A DNA stretch of 64,000 nucleotides from Phoronis australis. Taxonomy: Eukaryota; Animalia; Phoronida. The notes beneath the pieces were generated by a model. It was not told the origin of the DNA and searched no databases. It saw only the letters and a program-made list of their open reading frames with translations. The translations under genes and the position numbers were made by a program. The stretch spans positions 406,527 through 470,526 of the forward strand of contig NMRA01000200.1 in the NCBI GenBank assembly GCA_002633005.1. Direction: 5' to 3'. Of this stretch, positions 1 through 12,890 are shown piece by piece. How positions within the stretch are numbered: position 1 is the first letter of the stretch; every line of letters starts with the position of its first letter.

Positions 1-918
1 TACGCAACCACGTGGAAGAACAACAGTCGATTGAAGAATCGGCGACTTAAGAAACTGACCAATTGGTGACGCAATATTTCATGGCGCCGAAAGCCGACGC
101 AGAAGACCACTCTGCAACTTTAGCAGCAGAATTACGCTAGAACGCCATTTTTTCCAACACCGTTAAATAATTTAGTTTACTCAAGCAAGGGTAGTTAATG
201 ACACTAATTTTGTGTCAGATTTTATCTTACCACTTTTTTACACCCACATCGGCGCAAAGCTGTATACTAAGTATGCAGCTTTGTACCAAGGCTACACAGG
301 CGCTTGAGTTTATCTGTTCCTCGATCACCTCTGACGTCACTCACTACTAAGAAAACATTAAGTTTGGACACTAAAATCGGTTTGCTCTAAATTTTCTACT
401 GAAATGTGCATGGAACTCCACGAAATTAGGCTTTAATCCATTATTTTTCTTTAGCTAGGGCGGAATGCAGTTTCAACCAATGCTGCGGCGGCTTTGTCCC
501 ATACTATGAAAAGTGTTTGTTGCGGCATTCAACAAACATTGCTGTGACGGTTTTAACGAGTTAAACTAACAGTGTGAATTAGAGCAAAGTAATTCTTCCT
601 TTTGAATCTTCACAGAGGAACCTAGTTCTTGCAGAGCAACGACTAGTGGACGTCTCATCGACTGAAACTTGCAGATTTCACTATTTTTTACCACATATAT
701 GTCGTCGCGAGCCGGTCAGTCAGTCATGGCGGGGCCCGACTGAGCCAACGCTACGTCGTAGGGTAACTAGCCTCTTTCACTGCTGTGACCTACCCGCAAG
801 GAAAACTTGAGCTATAGCTTGTCAAGCTAGGTACAAGAAACACCTTGGTTATGAAAACTGAGTTCCCTAACTTTTGAAATTCTAGGCTTGCATATGTCAC
901 CAGGTACTCGCTTACTAC

Positions 919-1074
919 CGACGTTCGAAATACACCTGGTCCGGTGTCCCGGTGCCAGTGGATTTGCGACCGGGCCAGTTACTTTAAAAAGTTAACTTGG
1001 CACCTGGGCCAGTAAATTTTCAGATTAACTGGCTCTGCGGGCCAGTACATTTATTTGCTGACGTTCGAACACTG
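919..1074. mobile_element. Short MITE-like element (possibly hAT-type)
   Basis: Imperfect TIR cgacgttcgaa / ttcgaacactg; flanking direct repeat gcttactac at 910-918 and 1076-1084. Confidence 0.5.
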
Positions 1075-1092
1075 AGCTTACTACAATGTAAA

Positions 1093-1290
1093 CAGTGGCA
1101 GATCTACGTTTTGAGTAAGGGGGAGGTTAGGATTCGAGCGAATCCGAGGCGCGTAGCGCCGAGCGGAAGGAAGGTCGGGAGTCGGGGTTCCCCCCTCACG
1201 TGTAAGATTTTTTGTGGTTTTTAGTAGCTGATTTCGTTTTTCTGGCGATTTTATTTTCAATTTTTTAACCCCCCTGTAGATCCGCCTTTG
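1093..1290. mobile_element. MITE, CAGTGGCGGATC-type TIR, 5-bp TSD
   Basis: cagtggcagatctac ... gtagatccgcctttg, flanked by GTAAA on both sides. Confidence 0.8.
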
Positions 1291-2484
1291 GTAAAGCTCA
1301 TCATCATGAAGAAAATACGACATCGATCAAGCTACTGATAAGAGCACTGGCGTTTTAGAGCCGAGGGTTAGGTGCCAACCATTCTCACTTATTTGTGTTG
1401 GCATTATTAAAATGCCGTTTTTAAGAAAGTCGCATCCTCCTCCACTCATCTTACCTTGTCCTTCGTGATTGTGCAGTCGTTCACTAGAGCTAAATATTCT
1501 CAACCAGAGTCCTAACTAGCTGCCACTCCCTTGCATGGCAGTTTTATAATAGCCCCGATGTCCCAGGTTAAGTTGATTTTAGCATGGACGTCTGTCAACA
1601 ACTGGCATTCAAGTGGAGAAGTTTTCGATTACACTGGTCAATGCTGAGATTCTCTTTGCCGGCGTTTGCCCCATAGACAACTTTTATAATGCCTATTCAG
1701 TACGTCTTTGTATTAAAGGTAATCAAATGGAAAGTTTCACTACTTTCTCAACAGTGGTGGCTGTTATTACACCGAAATTATTTATTTTTCCTAACATTTA
1801 CTCTGAGCTACAGCCTGAAATGTCGAAAGTACGCGCTTGATGACATTTTAGATATTACGAAATAAGTAAAACGGTAACTTGGGTTTCGTCTTGACAAGGG
1901 CTATTTCCCTAATGATCGTTGGTTTTAAAGGTGCTTCATACTGTTTTCGCCATTTTATTTTTAATATTCAAGTCTACTTTAATTGTTTTGTTTCCTGACA
2001 GGTTGCTGTCTTTTGATCTTATTTTTAAGTGGCAAAACAGCGACAGATTTTTTCAACCATTTACTGGGAATTAAACATTGTACAATACAATATATCGTGG
2101 CTGCAAAAACATGAAACAAAACTAAGATCAGTCACACCCTTATACCCACAATCACACATCAATTTACAAAAAAGGTTCCAAATTTTCCCAATATTTTGGT
2201 TAAAATTTGACATGCTTGAGTTTTTACAGGCTATATACTTTTCAGAATTGTGGTAGTCACTCATGAAATTTAAAAAGGCGTTAACACACAAATTTCGACC
2301 TTTACACTTAGAATTAAAGATAAATTGTTTTCCCAACGAACAAACAGTGGCAGATTTTGTTCGTCAGTGAAAGTTAGAAGTCAGCAAGGCGCCCACTAAC
2401 CCATCTCATCTATTGCTTGGATTTTCTCATCGATTTTGAAGCTCGCCATAGTTAATGTTCACAACACGTGTGTCATCGCCAGCC

Positions 2485-2635
2485 GGGCCTACTTGCATAA
2501 AAGTTATATGCTGCATACCAACAATGACGTCGCATTATCACGCGCCACGTTGTTATTGTTGAACAATGCACCTGACGTTACGCAACAAGGAAACTTATCT
2601 GGCGGATAGTGTTGAAGTTTTATGCAACCCAGCCC
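2485..2635. mobile_element. PIF/Harbinger-like MITE
   Basis: gggcctacttgcataaaa ... ttttatgcaacccagccc imperfect TIR; TSD not clean. Confidence 0.55.
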
Positions 2636-3149
2636 TGATTACCAAATATCACAGTTTTCATTTTAGCGAGCTCCTACTAAAGTGGTTTTGACACTACTCG
2701 GCGATAAGCGCTGTCTTAAAAGCTTATTTAGTCTCCGTGTGTTATTTATATTTGTTGTAATGTAGTTTAGTTGTATACTAAAATAATAAAACACGTTTGT
2801 AAATCCTCCGACTATATCAATACGCACGGTCGTTGTCTTTAATCCGAAACCAGTAAGTAGTTGTAGTTTTTAGTTTATTAGTTCATCGATATTTAAAAAT
2901 CGAGAACCATACAATGTTGTTGTTTTTTCTTCAGCTGAACACTGCCATAATGTTTATATTCAACAAAAATTATAAGCTGGTACATTTTGAAAATTAGCAA
3001 GTCTTCCATTTCACAACTGGAAACAACGAAAGTCAAGAAAATGTTTGGTAGTGTAAGTGAGCGTATGAAGATGTTCGAAGCAGAAAGTACGACCTTTGGC
3101 TCTATGATGTAAAGCAGGGAACAGGGCGCAAAGTAACGGGCAACAGAGC

Positions 3150-3400
3150 TGTAATAGAGAGTACGAAAATAAAAACTCATTAACTGAGTATGGTTCGATG
3201 TCACTTATTGCGAACACCCATCGTGTTGAACGTCGAGTAAAACGTGACGGAGGCTCCTCCGACCCTATTAAAATAACATTTGTGTGCATGGAGGACCCTG
3301 AGGAATGAAATCTTACATCGAGGTCGAACGGAGGGACATAAGCGTTTGAGAACGTAAGGCTTAGAACTGAAGAAAAACACGGGAAACTTCCTTGCAAGGC
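3150..3400 (+). mobile_element. Decayed LINE ORF1-like fragment
   Basis: Frame reads IANTHRVERRVKRDGGSSDPIKITFVCMED..*..FENVRL, resembling the I.xxHR..RPIKVxF motif of LINE ORF1 RRM domains; contains stops. Confidence 0.35.
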
Positions 3401-4124
3401 CAGTACAAAAAATGGGCAATAAGCATTCGCGAATCAGAGCACAGATGTCTGGTTTGAGGTGAGAAAGACAAGTCAAGGAGGGTGGGAAAGGTTTGATCAG
3501 TGACACACTGGTTGAGTCCTGAACTCACGACCTATATGTATTTCTTTTTGGTGTTCCCATTTATTATATTAACTATGGTTCTATTGTTTATTATTTTTTG
3601 CTGACACTGCTGTCGGTAATTTGTACTTTCTCCGTATTTGGCCATTAGAGATCGCGCCTGGAACAGTTTCAGTGTTTCTAGAAAAATACAACATATATTT
3701 TATATATTATACGGTGCACTCAGTATCACCAGGTCAGTAACCTGTACCCAGTGTTGCTCTTAAATTCGTCACAACACATTTCTCACTGGGCAGTTCCAGA
3801 TATGCATATAGTTACTGTTCGGCTGTTCACGTGGTCCTCGTAGACCAGGACCCCAAAGCTTTTTTGGACACGAAAAAGTAACCAATTTTCTTTGGTACCA
3901 CAGTGGTCCATGGGTATCCCAATAAATTTCATTTATACATGTATATGATCACTCTTATCGCTGTGTTCTCTTTTTGGTCCTCTTGCAATGCCTGTACACT
4001 TGGTTTTTGCTTTTTCATGTATCTAAAAGTGACTTATAAGCCCCGTGGAGGTCTGGGTGTTCCTGTTTTGCTACGTATTTATTGTTTTAATCCATCTGCA
4101 CGAACACGACACTATAATAAAAAA

Positions 4125-4173
4125 TTACTTACTTACTTACTTACTTACCTACTTACTTACTTACTTACTTACT
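4125..4173 (+). repeat. (TTAC)n microsatellite, about 12 units, following AATAAA; probable LINE 3' tail
   Basis: Direct reading; explains the LLTY-repeat ORFs at 3903 and 4045. Confidence 0.9.
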
Positions 4174-5349
4174 AGGAAATGGAGGCCATCTGGCAGGTTC
4201 GCTCTGGTGGGTATGGTCAGGGGAGCCACGATGGATCAACTTTTTTGTAACTAATCAACTGTCTGTATCAAAATTATCCACTGGCAGACAATTTCTGTCG
4301 TGGGGAACGTCAGTCAGACGGTTATAAGTGAGACCAAAAACTGAGCTAGATCAACCCAAGAGGTAACCTAAGTGAAACTGGTTATAAATTATTCTGACAT
4401 TCAACGTACCATGAATGAACACTGCCAGACAATTTCAGTGGTGTATTGCCCTCACCAGATACACCGAAATCTCGGAGTTGAGTTAGCCCAACCCACCAAG
4501 TAACCAGTTGAGGACTTAGGTGGACTCGTCAATACACACGGCCAAAAAGGCCCAGGTGTGTCGTTTCCATGGCTTCCATGTACGTTTGTATGCAGTTTGG
4601 AATTTGTTGTGCACCCTCGCAACCGGACCTAGATGCATCGGTGTATACTTATATGAACACATTTAGAAGAATCATACGACAAAATGGTAGATATGACTTT
4701 TGTAACATTATTTCGATCGGGAATTTACATATTTCTCATAAACTGTAGGCACAGAGAACTAGATTAATGGGTCTAGACCAAAGGCACCCGTGTCAATCAA
4801 CACTACCTCGACAATGAGTGACTTGTCCTGGTCCTCCCAAACTATGCCCGTGATAGAGAAGACTGGTTCACCGGAATTGGTATACCCAGACCCTAATCTG
4901 TATGAAATGTTGGAAAACGACGCGTTGCAGTGCAATGCACGACCAAAAACGCAATGATGATCACAGTCATTGGACGTCACTAAGTTTAGAAAATATGCAG
5001 GACTTGAAGTGTGAGAGAATGCAAACATTCGAGGATCAAAAGGACGAGGAACAAGTGGCGTCACTGAGCTTGAAAATGTGACGATTCTGGTATCTTATGG
5101 TGGACCAGGCTCCGTCTATTTTGGTAATGAGCATCCGAAGCAACGACGGTGTTGATAGATTTATGCGATTGGTGAACGTTGTCCAAAATTTCCGTTAACA
5201 GCGCGAAGAAAAATCTAAGATTTCAGTTTTGCAAGCTATAGAACCAAAACAAACGCACACAGATCCTAAGATATTTGTTCGTACGCTTAACCATAATTGC
5301 CTAATAGCAGGGAGAGATAACCTGCTAACAGCTAGGGGATAGATTGGAA

Positions 5350-5560
5350 ACTACTCTCACAAGATCGACACAGCTGGAGCACATGTTATACGGAAAAAAT
5401 CTATTCCGTTGAAAAAGCTTTAGTCGATGAACACAGATGAAGGCTTTCTGCAGGCCTACGTGAAGGCTTATGACAAGCCTTTCTACATGCGGTCATCTCA
5501 TATACGAGAATGGGTGCAGTAAACGGATCAGTTTGGATGATTGTCAGCGGCGTGTACCGG
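5350..5560 (+). mobile_element. Heavily decayed Gypsy-like pol remnant
   Basis: HKIDTAGAHVIRKK..ALVDEH resembles the HxIDTGDxxPI motif upstream of Gypsy RT; multiple stops and frameshifts. Confidence 0.3.
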
Positions 5561-5561
5561 A

Positions 5562-6311
5562 GCACAAAAATCCAAAGACATTAAACTGAAACAACGCGGC
5601 GTAAATAAGGTGCAGAAGATTCATCAACACTGACATGTCCAACCAGATTAACTAATATGTAACATAGCATAATCAGTTCACATCCTTTCTGTTATCAAAC
5701 TAAAAGCCTTTTTAGCTCAATTTTGTACCTCGGCCGAGAGCGGAAAATTATCGACTATTCCCGTCTATTTCCGTGACCTGAATTCTTGTGTGTCAGTTCA
5801 GGAACGATTCCTGAATGCCACTGAGTCATGTTGTCCTTGAAAACGTATTGACATCACCGTGAGTGTAAATGCGTTGTTACTTTGTTTGGTTGTTTTTGAT
5901 TCCGATTTTGGTTCTTTTTATACAAACTTGATTGTTNCCGGAGAGGGCACAAAAATCCAAAGACATTAAACTGAAACAACGCGGCGTAAATAAGGTGCAG
6001 AAGATTCATCAACACTGACATGTCCAACCAGATTAACTAATATGTAATCAGTTCACATCCTTTCTGTTATCAAACTAAAAGCCTTTTTAGCTCAATTTTG
6101 TACCTCGGCCGAGAGCGGAAAATTATCGACTATTCCCGTCTATTTCCGTGACCTGAATTCTTGTGTGTCAGTTCAGGAACGATTCCTGAATGCCACTGAG
6201 TCATGTTGTCCTTGAAAACGTATTGACATCACCGTGAGTGTAAATGCGTTGTTACTTTGTTTGGTTGTTTTTGATTCCGATTTTGGTTCTTTTTATACAA
6301 ACTTGATTGTT
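5562..6311. repeat. About 370-bp direct duplication across the single N at 5937 (probable haplotype overlap artefact)
   Basis: 5562-5936 vs 5947-6311 near-identical with one 10-bp indel; the junction is an N. Confidence 0.85.
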
Positions 6312-7838
6312 TATTGTTCAAATTTTACCTGTTTTCGCATATGACGAATGGTATTTAATGCATAATCATAAGTTTATGAAGTACCGTCGCAAAGTCTCCC
6401 GTCATAGCCAACGTTCGGCTACTGAGGTCAGCCCTGACTCATCGCGTCAAATTTCATTAACAGTACCCTAATAAATTAGAGGGAAAAAGTTTCTTGCTCA
6501 ACAAATGTCTTATCTTTATTGCCATAGCTTGAAATTGATGCAAAGTATCAGCCTGAAGTGAGCAATTGCCGTGTCACGGTGACCACCCGGACGTGTGAGC
6601 GCAGGCAGCAAATCGGCACCGGTTTTACTGGCCGTTAAAAATGTAAAATAAAAAAACATCCACATACAGCAATGTTTTGACAAAACAAAAACAAGTTTTA
6701 TCTCAAAACAGTGAGCTCCACATCTGTGCTTGATTTTGCTGCCAGGACACAGTAACCGGTGAAGTACCGGTAATTCCCCGGCCAGCAGTCTCCGTCACGT
6801 GACTCGATCTTCGCCGGGAACTGATAATCATTTGCTAAATTGGCTTTAATTTTCAATTATCAGGGAAAATATATTTTCAAACCTCACAAAAACAAACTTA
6901 CATATACTTCTGTTGCCTAAATATAAAAATTCTGCGCCCCAAACCGGAGCGGGGGGCTGGCAGTGAAGTGAATTTTAGTCAATGATCTGAATGTCGGCGA
7001 TAAGAAAATATTGCAGTGTTAGGAGCATTACGAAGTATTTTTTTTAATCTCTTTGTGTCACAGGAATTTCACTCATTCAGGGCCGGGTAGCTAATTAATG
7101 TTTTCATCTTGCCCCGCGGAGCACAGATGTCCGCGCACGTCAGGCCACGCGGTCTGGCTCTGCCGGCTAGCAGCCTAATTACTTTACTGAGTCAATTTCT
7201 ATGTGGATGGGGTGTGTATGTTCTTTATTAAAATACTCTTGTGTATTTACACCCCGGCTGCAGGTTTAATGCTTATAACATGGATTAAAGGATTACATTC
7301 TTCTTCTGTAAGTTATGTTAGTGAACACAGTAAAAACATTATTTTTTTCTCAACTACGGTTATGTCCTACGTAACTGCCCCTTCCACTGAGCCGCTTCAT
7401 CACCTTTTTGACAGACGAATAACGGGTAGTCCGTCTTTGTCCAACCAACAACTGGCAGTTCTAGTGTGGTTATTTTCGTCGTGTTTTCGGATGTGAATAT
7501 CGTACTTTTCCTGTGAAATGATAGTACAGCCTATTCTATTCTCCTATTATTATGCATGAAAAAATAAACAAGTTTACTACATAATCCAGAACGAACATAT
7601 TTGATTATAGCCAGCCTCTATACGAAGATACTGCATTTCTGCATTTTCACATGTGTGCATGTGAGACGCACGTTTTCCCGAGGAGTGATCCTATTTGTAC
7701 TCTTTTCTGGAATCGTATTTGGTTCTTGTTTTGAAACGAGTTTATACTAAAATTCTTTCAAAAGAATCAAAACTTTTATTTTACAAAACAGTAAATTAAT
7801 TTAATTCTTATTAACACAACCAAGCAAAAACGCTGTAC

Positions 7839-7878
7839 CTTGACAGTTTCGGCTACTCATAGCAGCCATCTTCGGAAG
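7839..7878 (-). ncRNA. Minimal hammerhead-ribozyme-like motif in the Penelope pLTR
   Basis: Minus strand CTT CCGAAGA T GGCTGC TATGA GTAGCC GAAAC T GTC AAG: 6-bp stem II, GAAA core, GUC site; core CUGA is altered to CCGA. Confidence 0.6.
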
Positions 7879-8422
7879 CTATTGGAAACTAGGTGGCGTG
7901 GTGATGACACTGTCCCAAATTTTATGCAATTTATACCCCCCCCCATTGTCTCTGGTCATAACTGAGCCACTTTTTTCATCAAATAGACTCTCTAATCCGT
8001 CTAGATCTCAAGTTATTTTCTGACTCAACAGGACGAGCGTCTTTCTAGTTAAATACATGGTTAAAACCAAGAGCATGGTCCCTCACTGCAGATTTGTTGA
8101 TATTATTCTGAGACCATCTCCTCCCTGAACACGTGACTCTACGCTGAGATAGCTCATCCACCTCCTTTCTGTGTTCTTTAAGCCTGACTGAAAACTCTCG
8201 CCCAGTCTCCCCGATGTATACAGACTCGCAGCTGAGGCAAGGAATGCGATAAACACATTGACATTTCTTATCCTCACTTATTCTGTCTTTGGGATGAACT
8301 AAAATGTTCCTGATAGTCTTACACGGCTTCATGGCAGTAACTATGCCATATTGTCTGAACACACGTTGTTCAGATTCCGAAATACCTTTAACATGCGGGA
8401 CGACTACATTACCTTTTCTCTC

Positions 8423-8724
8423 TGTCACGTTTTTCCCCGTGTGTGGGTGGGCGCAGGTTGTTACAGACCGGTGCTAATAGCTTTCGATGTGAAGATTGAC
8501 TGAAGACTGGTTCGAGTTAATCCTTTATTAATCCCGACCGTACGTTCACAAGCCTACTCAAACAAAACGTCCGACGTAATGTCTGTTTATGCTCCAGCCA
8601 GTGCTGCGAAGCCTTGACTTGTATTGAACTTCTGAGATACTTCCAGCAACTGTTACACTCGATTCAATAACCTGCTGTCTCTATAGCTGGCTCTCTATTG
8701 ACTATCGCTGTAACTGCTGATTCT
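8423..8724 (-). mobile_element. LTR-like insertion interrupting one copy of the Penelope ORF, truncated by the N at 8725
   Basis: Penelope similarity stops exactly at TGTCACG (TG..CA LTR terminus); minus-strand AATAAA near 8525; absent from the second copy at 8726-8940. Confidence 0.55.
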
Positions 8725-10871
8725 NCGATGTATACAGACTCGCAGCTGAGGCAAGGAATACGATAAACACATTGACATTTCTTATCCTCACTTATTCTGT
8801 CTTTGGGATGAACTAAAATGTTCCTGATAGTCTTACACGGCTTCATGGCAGTAACTATGCCATATTGTCTGAACACACGTTGTTCAGATTCCGAAATACC
8901 TTTAACATACGGGACGACTACATTACCTTTTCTCTCCTCTTCCGGTTGGCGATTCCTCTCAATAAAGTCCATATTCGATAGCGTCAGCTTTACCTTGTTG
9001 ATTGACCACTTGGTATAACCACATTTAACTAACGCATCTGTGAGTAGTCGAAACTGTCAAGGTACAGCGTTTTTGCTTGGTTGTGTTAATAAGAATTAAT
9101 CTATGAGTTCTCTACCAACTTCATGAAATTATTTAGTGATAGTCAATTAATTTGTTACATGTTCTTAAGCATTCGTGTGTACTCTTACCTATTCGGAAAT
9201 TGATGATTTTTTCAGTGGCTTGATTGGGAATCTGATACACTGATACATAGTCCAGTAGCCACTCGTAGGATCCTCATAGAGGACCTAAAAAACCTTGATG
9301 TTGTAAGGTTTTTTGATTGTTTCACGTTGAGGTGCCCCCCCCCCCTCTTATGGGTTTTAGGTGGGTTGTAATATTGAAAGCCTTAAGCATTATTTTAAAT
9401 ATTCAAATAAAGACCATCATTATGCAGAATTCTGTTTTTGCTTATTACTTCCACATCAAGCCCCCTTACGTAGATTATTTTGATGTTTTACCCATGTTTC
9501 CAAGGTCAGTGAATTCAATGAAGCTAGTTTACAGGTGTATAATTCTTGAGTTTGCATAATTTATGCAAATTAAGGCCGCCAATTGCGCTTATAGCTGGGA
9601 TACAAAGCACCACAGGTAGATTATATTGAGTTTTGCTCCCGTATTTCTATGGTCAGTTCATTTAATAAAATCAGTGTGCAAACTGTTGCATGATAAATTT
9701 GCATAATTTAAGCAAGTAATGACCACCACTATTAAAATTTCTGTTTCTACTTGGGAATTTAATGAAATAAGTTTGCACGTCATTACATCATACATGTGCA
9801 TAACTCATAATTTATGGAAATACGTGTACACATTATTTATTTCAGATGCTCCCCAAACAGACACAATTATCGGTAGTACAGATTCATGTAGTCCATTCTA
9901 ATTTTTCACGAAGGACAGTTATCAAAAGCTGGAAACACTAAATTCCAGTAACAATTCCTAAACTACAGGCCCTGAGCAGCAGTCTCCAAACTTAACTTGT
10001 GGTGCAAATCCCCAGATTCTCATCCGGAAATTCTATATTGGCACCGAAAACGCTCCAGGACTCTGTTCTACTAGGAGAATATTTAAAGAGGCACAACCGA
10101 TTTTATGGCTGTAACACATTTGGGAGTTATTTTGGAGTAAAAATAACTTCTTGAAGACCTATTACCACGGCCTAGGATCAAATGGTTTTACTCGAAATGA
10201 AACTCGAGATTACTTTTAACATTTTCCGTTCTGCTCTTGTTTGAACTCAAGGTAAGTGTCTAATATTCTGTGCCCGAGTACACTGGTCCGAATCTGGACT
10301 GCAACGCTGCTTGCGTTACTGACTGTGTACTCAAGAATAGAATAATAAAGGATTATCTTAAGTTCGTAAGAAAGGAGGACAGAAAATGGCAAATGCATTT
10401 TAAAGTTTTATTTCGAGTAAAAAGCTTGGACCCCGGGCCCTGAGCTATAAAACAGCAAAATGTGCTATGTTTTTGTGATGTTGTTGCAAAACGCCGATTC
10501 CTGACAAAGGCTGCCAGCTATGGCGACCTCATCAGCTATTTCGTTGCTAGGCGTCGTAAAAATGGCCGACACAGGCGGTGTGTAGTGCTGAACAAAGCCG
10601 GTGTGAAAAAAGACTCATGCGTGTATGTGAGATAAGGAGGCAAAGCGCCGAAGCAGGTTGGGGGAATAATTTCTTTAGCAGAACCATCAGAAAGTTCAAA
10701 CATTCAAATGATAAAAGTTTCCTTAACTCCGTGCAAAAGGCTTGCCGTAAAACACGTACAAAACAAAATTTTATGAAATGCAATGTGACAAATTGAAAAA
10801 TTTAGTTTCAGTTTAAGAGCATGATTTGATGTCGCAGCAATAGTGAAATATATATCTATTTGGATGTATCA

Positions 10872-10935
10872 CACTATATGAGAGATACGGAGGGTTTTGT
10901 CCACTACATGAGAGATACGGAGGATATTGTCCACT
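10872..10935. repeat. 30-bp tandem duplication
   Basis: cactatatgagagatacggagggttttgtc / cactacatgagagatacggaggatattgtc. Confidence 0.8.
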
Positions 10936-11049
10936 AATGAAGTCCGTCAATCATGATGAAGGACCTTTCGAAAAGGTGTTAGACAATGTCGTATATGGTC
11001 ACCCTGTTTGTTTATTTTTTCATAAATAAATGCTTGAAATGTGAAGTGA

Positions 11050-11320
11050 TGTCTGATGTACAAGTGGAAACAGAAAGACATTTCCCCCTAGTTTTCGCCT
11101 ATGATTATTTATTGTTCGTAGATACTACGATCGGTGTGTCAAACAATTAACAAACTTGAGATATAGTGTGAGGAAAAACTTCTTGAAATGCAATTTGGAC
11201 AAAGCCAAGGTGATGTTTTTTAGGAAAGGAAGTGCTTTAGCTAGACACGAGTGATGGTTCTACAAACAGCTCGAAATCGTAGTAGGTTACAAATACCTAG
11301 TCGTTGATTTTTCATCTAGT
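11050..11320 (+). mobile_element. Decayed non-LTR retrotransposon RT fragment (L2/Crack/RTEX-like)
   Basis: LVFAYD (FADD) ..LKCNLDKAKVMFFRKGSALARHE*WFYKQLEIVVGYKYLVVDFSS corresponds to the C-terminal RT motifs. Confidence 0.7.
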
Positions 11321-11357
11321 GTCCGCTGGGCTCAGGACAATATCTGTGTGTATTTGA

Positions 11358-11428
11358 CTCGCTGGTTCCCTGCGTGCCGCTAGGTGGGGCGGTAGCTGAC
11401 TGGGCTAAGCACGCAGGGAACCAGCGAG
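11358..11428. mobile_element. 71-bp hairpin MITE with 9-bp TSD (Mutator-like)
   Basis: 20-bp perfect TIR ctcgctggttccctgcgtgc; TGTATTTGA on both sides. Confidence 0.85.
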
Positions 11429-12402
11429 TGTATTTGATTGCCAACATACGAGAACAATCTGTCACAGCGCCACCTATAAGGAAACGTAGCATTCTTCCGT
11501 CTTCCAACCAGTATTCGTCTTGAAGTCAAGTCATGTGTGCGTGAGTGCCTGATAAGTGTCGTTATTTTCGCATTTAAAAAGGCTATAGAGAATACATAAC
11601 ATACCGTTTGTTTGTTATTTTGTTATCATTTTGTACGGAATGCATTATTCCAACTATCCTTTTAGCAGAGTATATAAAGACGAGTGTACAGACAGCGGTT
11701 AAAGAAGGATGTAACATTCATCTTTTTGAAAAATAACTTCTTCATAAGTGCTTCAAAAGCTAGTGAATTGTGGAACCTATGTTAGCTACGCATCTTGTAA
11801 GCAGATCTAATAAACTGATGCACTGGCGCTACTTGTCGCTAAAAAGCTAAACTAAAATGAAAATGAAAATGATTGTTTTTGGAAAAAGAGAAATTTTAGC
11901 TGAGGATAAAAATCAGCGTTTAAAAAAAAAAATTGTCACGTTACAAGTATTTCAGTACGTGTAACTTCCTGCGATCACGTTTTACTTTTGCGTGTCAATG
12001 TATACATTTCATTACCTCTTTAAATGTTTGTGTGCATACCATTACTCGAAATTAAGTAATATCGAACCAATCACATATTAAAAAAATGGTATTTGCGTAC
12101 ACGGAAAGCAAGACTACTTGAAAGCCACTGTTTGGACTGAGTTGGGCAGTTTGTCCAACGTTAATTTTGATGACTGCTGGGTATTCTAAATCTGGTGACG
12201 ATTTTATATCACTAGGACTGCAAATGTACAAGGGACCCTACTACTCGAAGCTTCATCTCATAATTCAATTAACATTAAGTGCGACATTGATGTAGAGACT
12301 TGCAAATTAACCGGTGTCCACCTCAACCTATCTCAATAATTGACCCTCTAGATTGGTTTCACACGCTATCCGTGACTTCAGAGTGTGAGCCCTGGGAACC
12401 AG

Positions 12403-12813
12403 TGCCCGGTTGCATGAAACAATCCCAAATAGGGACTCAACTAAGTTCCCTAAATCTACTGTGTGTTTGTGGAAACATCGAGTGTCCTTTCTTATTCTGT
12501 TTTAGTTTCATTACTAAGTCAATTTTTGATTGTGATACAAATCGAGAATTAGCTTCATGTTGAATTCTGAATGTTATCGAAAATACATAGGAATCTTTTC
12601 ATACAACGCCCCTAACTTAGGACTTTGTCCCTATTCATTTTCATTGAATTCAGGACTCAGTTTTTAGTTGTTATTAGAAAATTTCATTAATCAAAAAGGA
12701 GCTCATGATAATGATGACATGATAGAAAAATATTACATCTATGTGCAAAGAAAGACACAAACAAGCAAAAGATTTAAGGGATTTAGCCGAGTCCTTATTT
12801 CATGCAACCGGCT
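12403..12813. mobile_element. PIF/Harbinger-like MITE, about 410 bp
   Basis: Perfect 14-bp TIR core ccggttgcatgaaa (12406-12419 / 12798-12811), flanked by CAG. Confidence 0.75.
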
Positions 12814-12824
12814 CAGATTATCCA

Positions 12825-12890
12825 CTCGCTGGTTCCCTGCGTGCTTAGCCCAGTACCGCCCCATCTAGCGGCACGCAGGGAACCAGCGAG
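12825..12890. mobile_element. 66-bp hairpin MITE, same family as 11358, opposite orientation
   Basis: Same 20-bp TIR; flanks agattatcca / agattaccca (10 bp, 1 mismatch). Confidence 0.85.

Larger units (their letters stand above)
7801..9099 (-). mobile_element. Penelope-like retroelement (5'-truncated, pseudogenised): RT C-terminus plus GIY-YIG endonuclease, inverted pLTR
   Basis: VVVPYVKGISE..LVHPKD..CVYRIPCLSCESVYIGETGR..RLKEH..SAVRDH; the tail MTRDNGGGYKLHKIWD follows a stop and frameshift; 7801-7859 and 9041-9099 are 58/59 inverted repeats. Confidence 0.93.

Noticed and set aside
455-565. Cys-rich stretch ECSFNQCCGGFVPYY
   Set aside because: Short, ends in a stop, and has no partner exons.
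1455-1814. Possible minus-strand exon (tttcAG ... AAG|GTAAG)
   Set aside because: Stops in the frames examined; could be non-coding but is unsupported.
4759-5064. 101-aa minus-strand ORF that looks protein-like
   Set aside because: GTG start, an upstream in-frame stop, no recognisable motif or splice context; it lies among decayed TE fragments.
5562-6311. Apparent tandem segmental duplications here and at 39727-40556
   Set aside because: Both junctions are a single N with allele-level differences, so they are most likely unmerged haplotype contig ends rather than biology.
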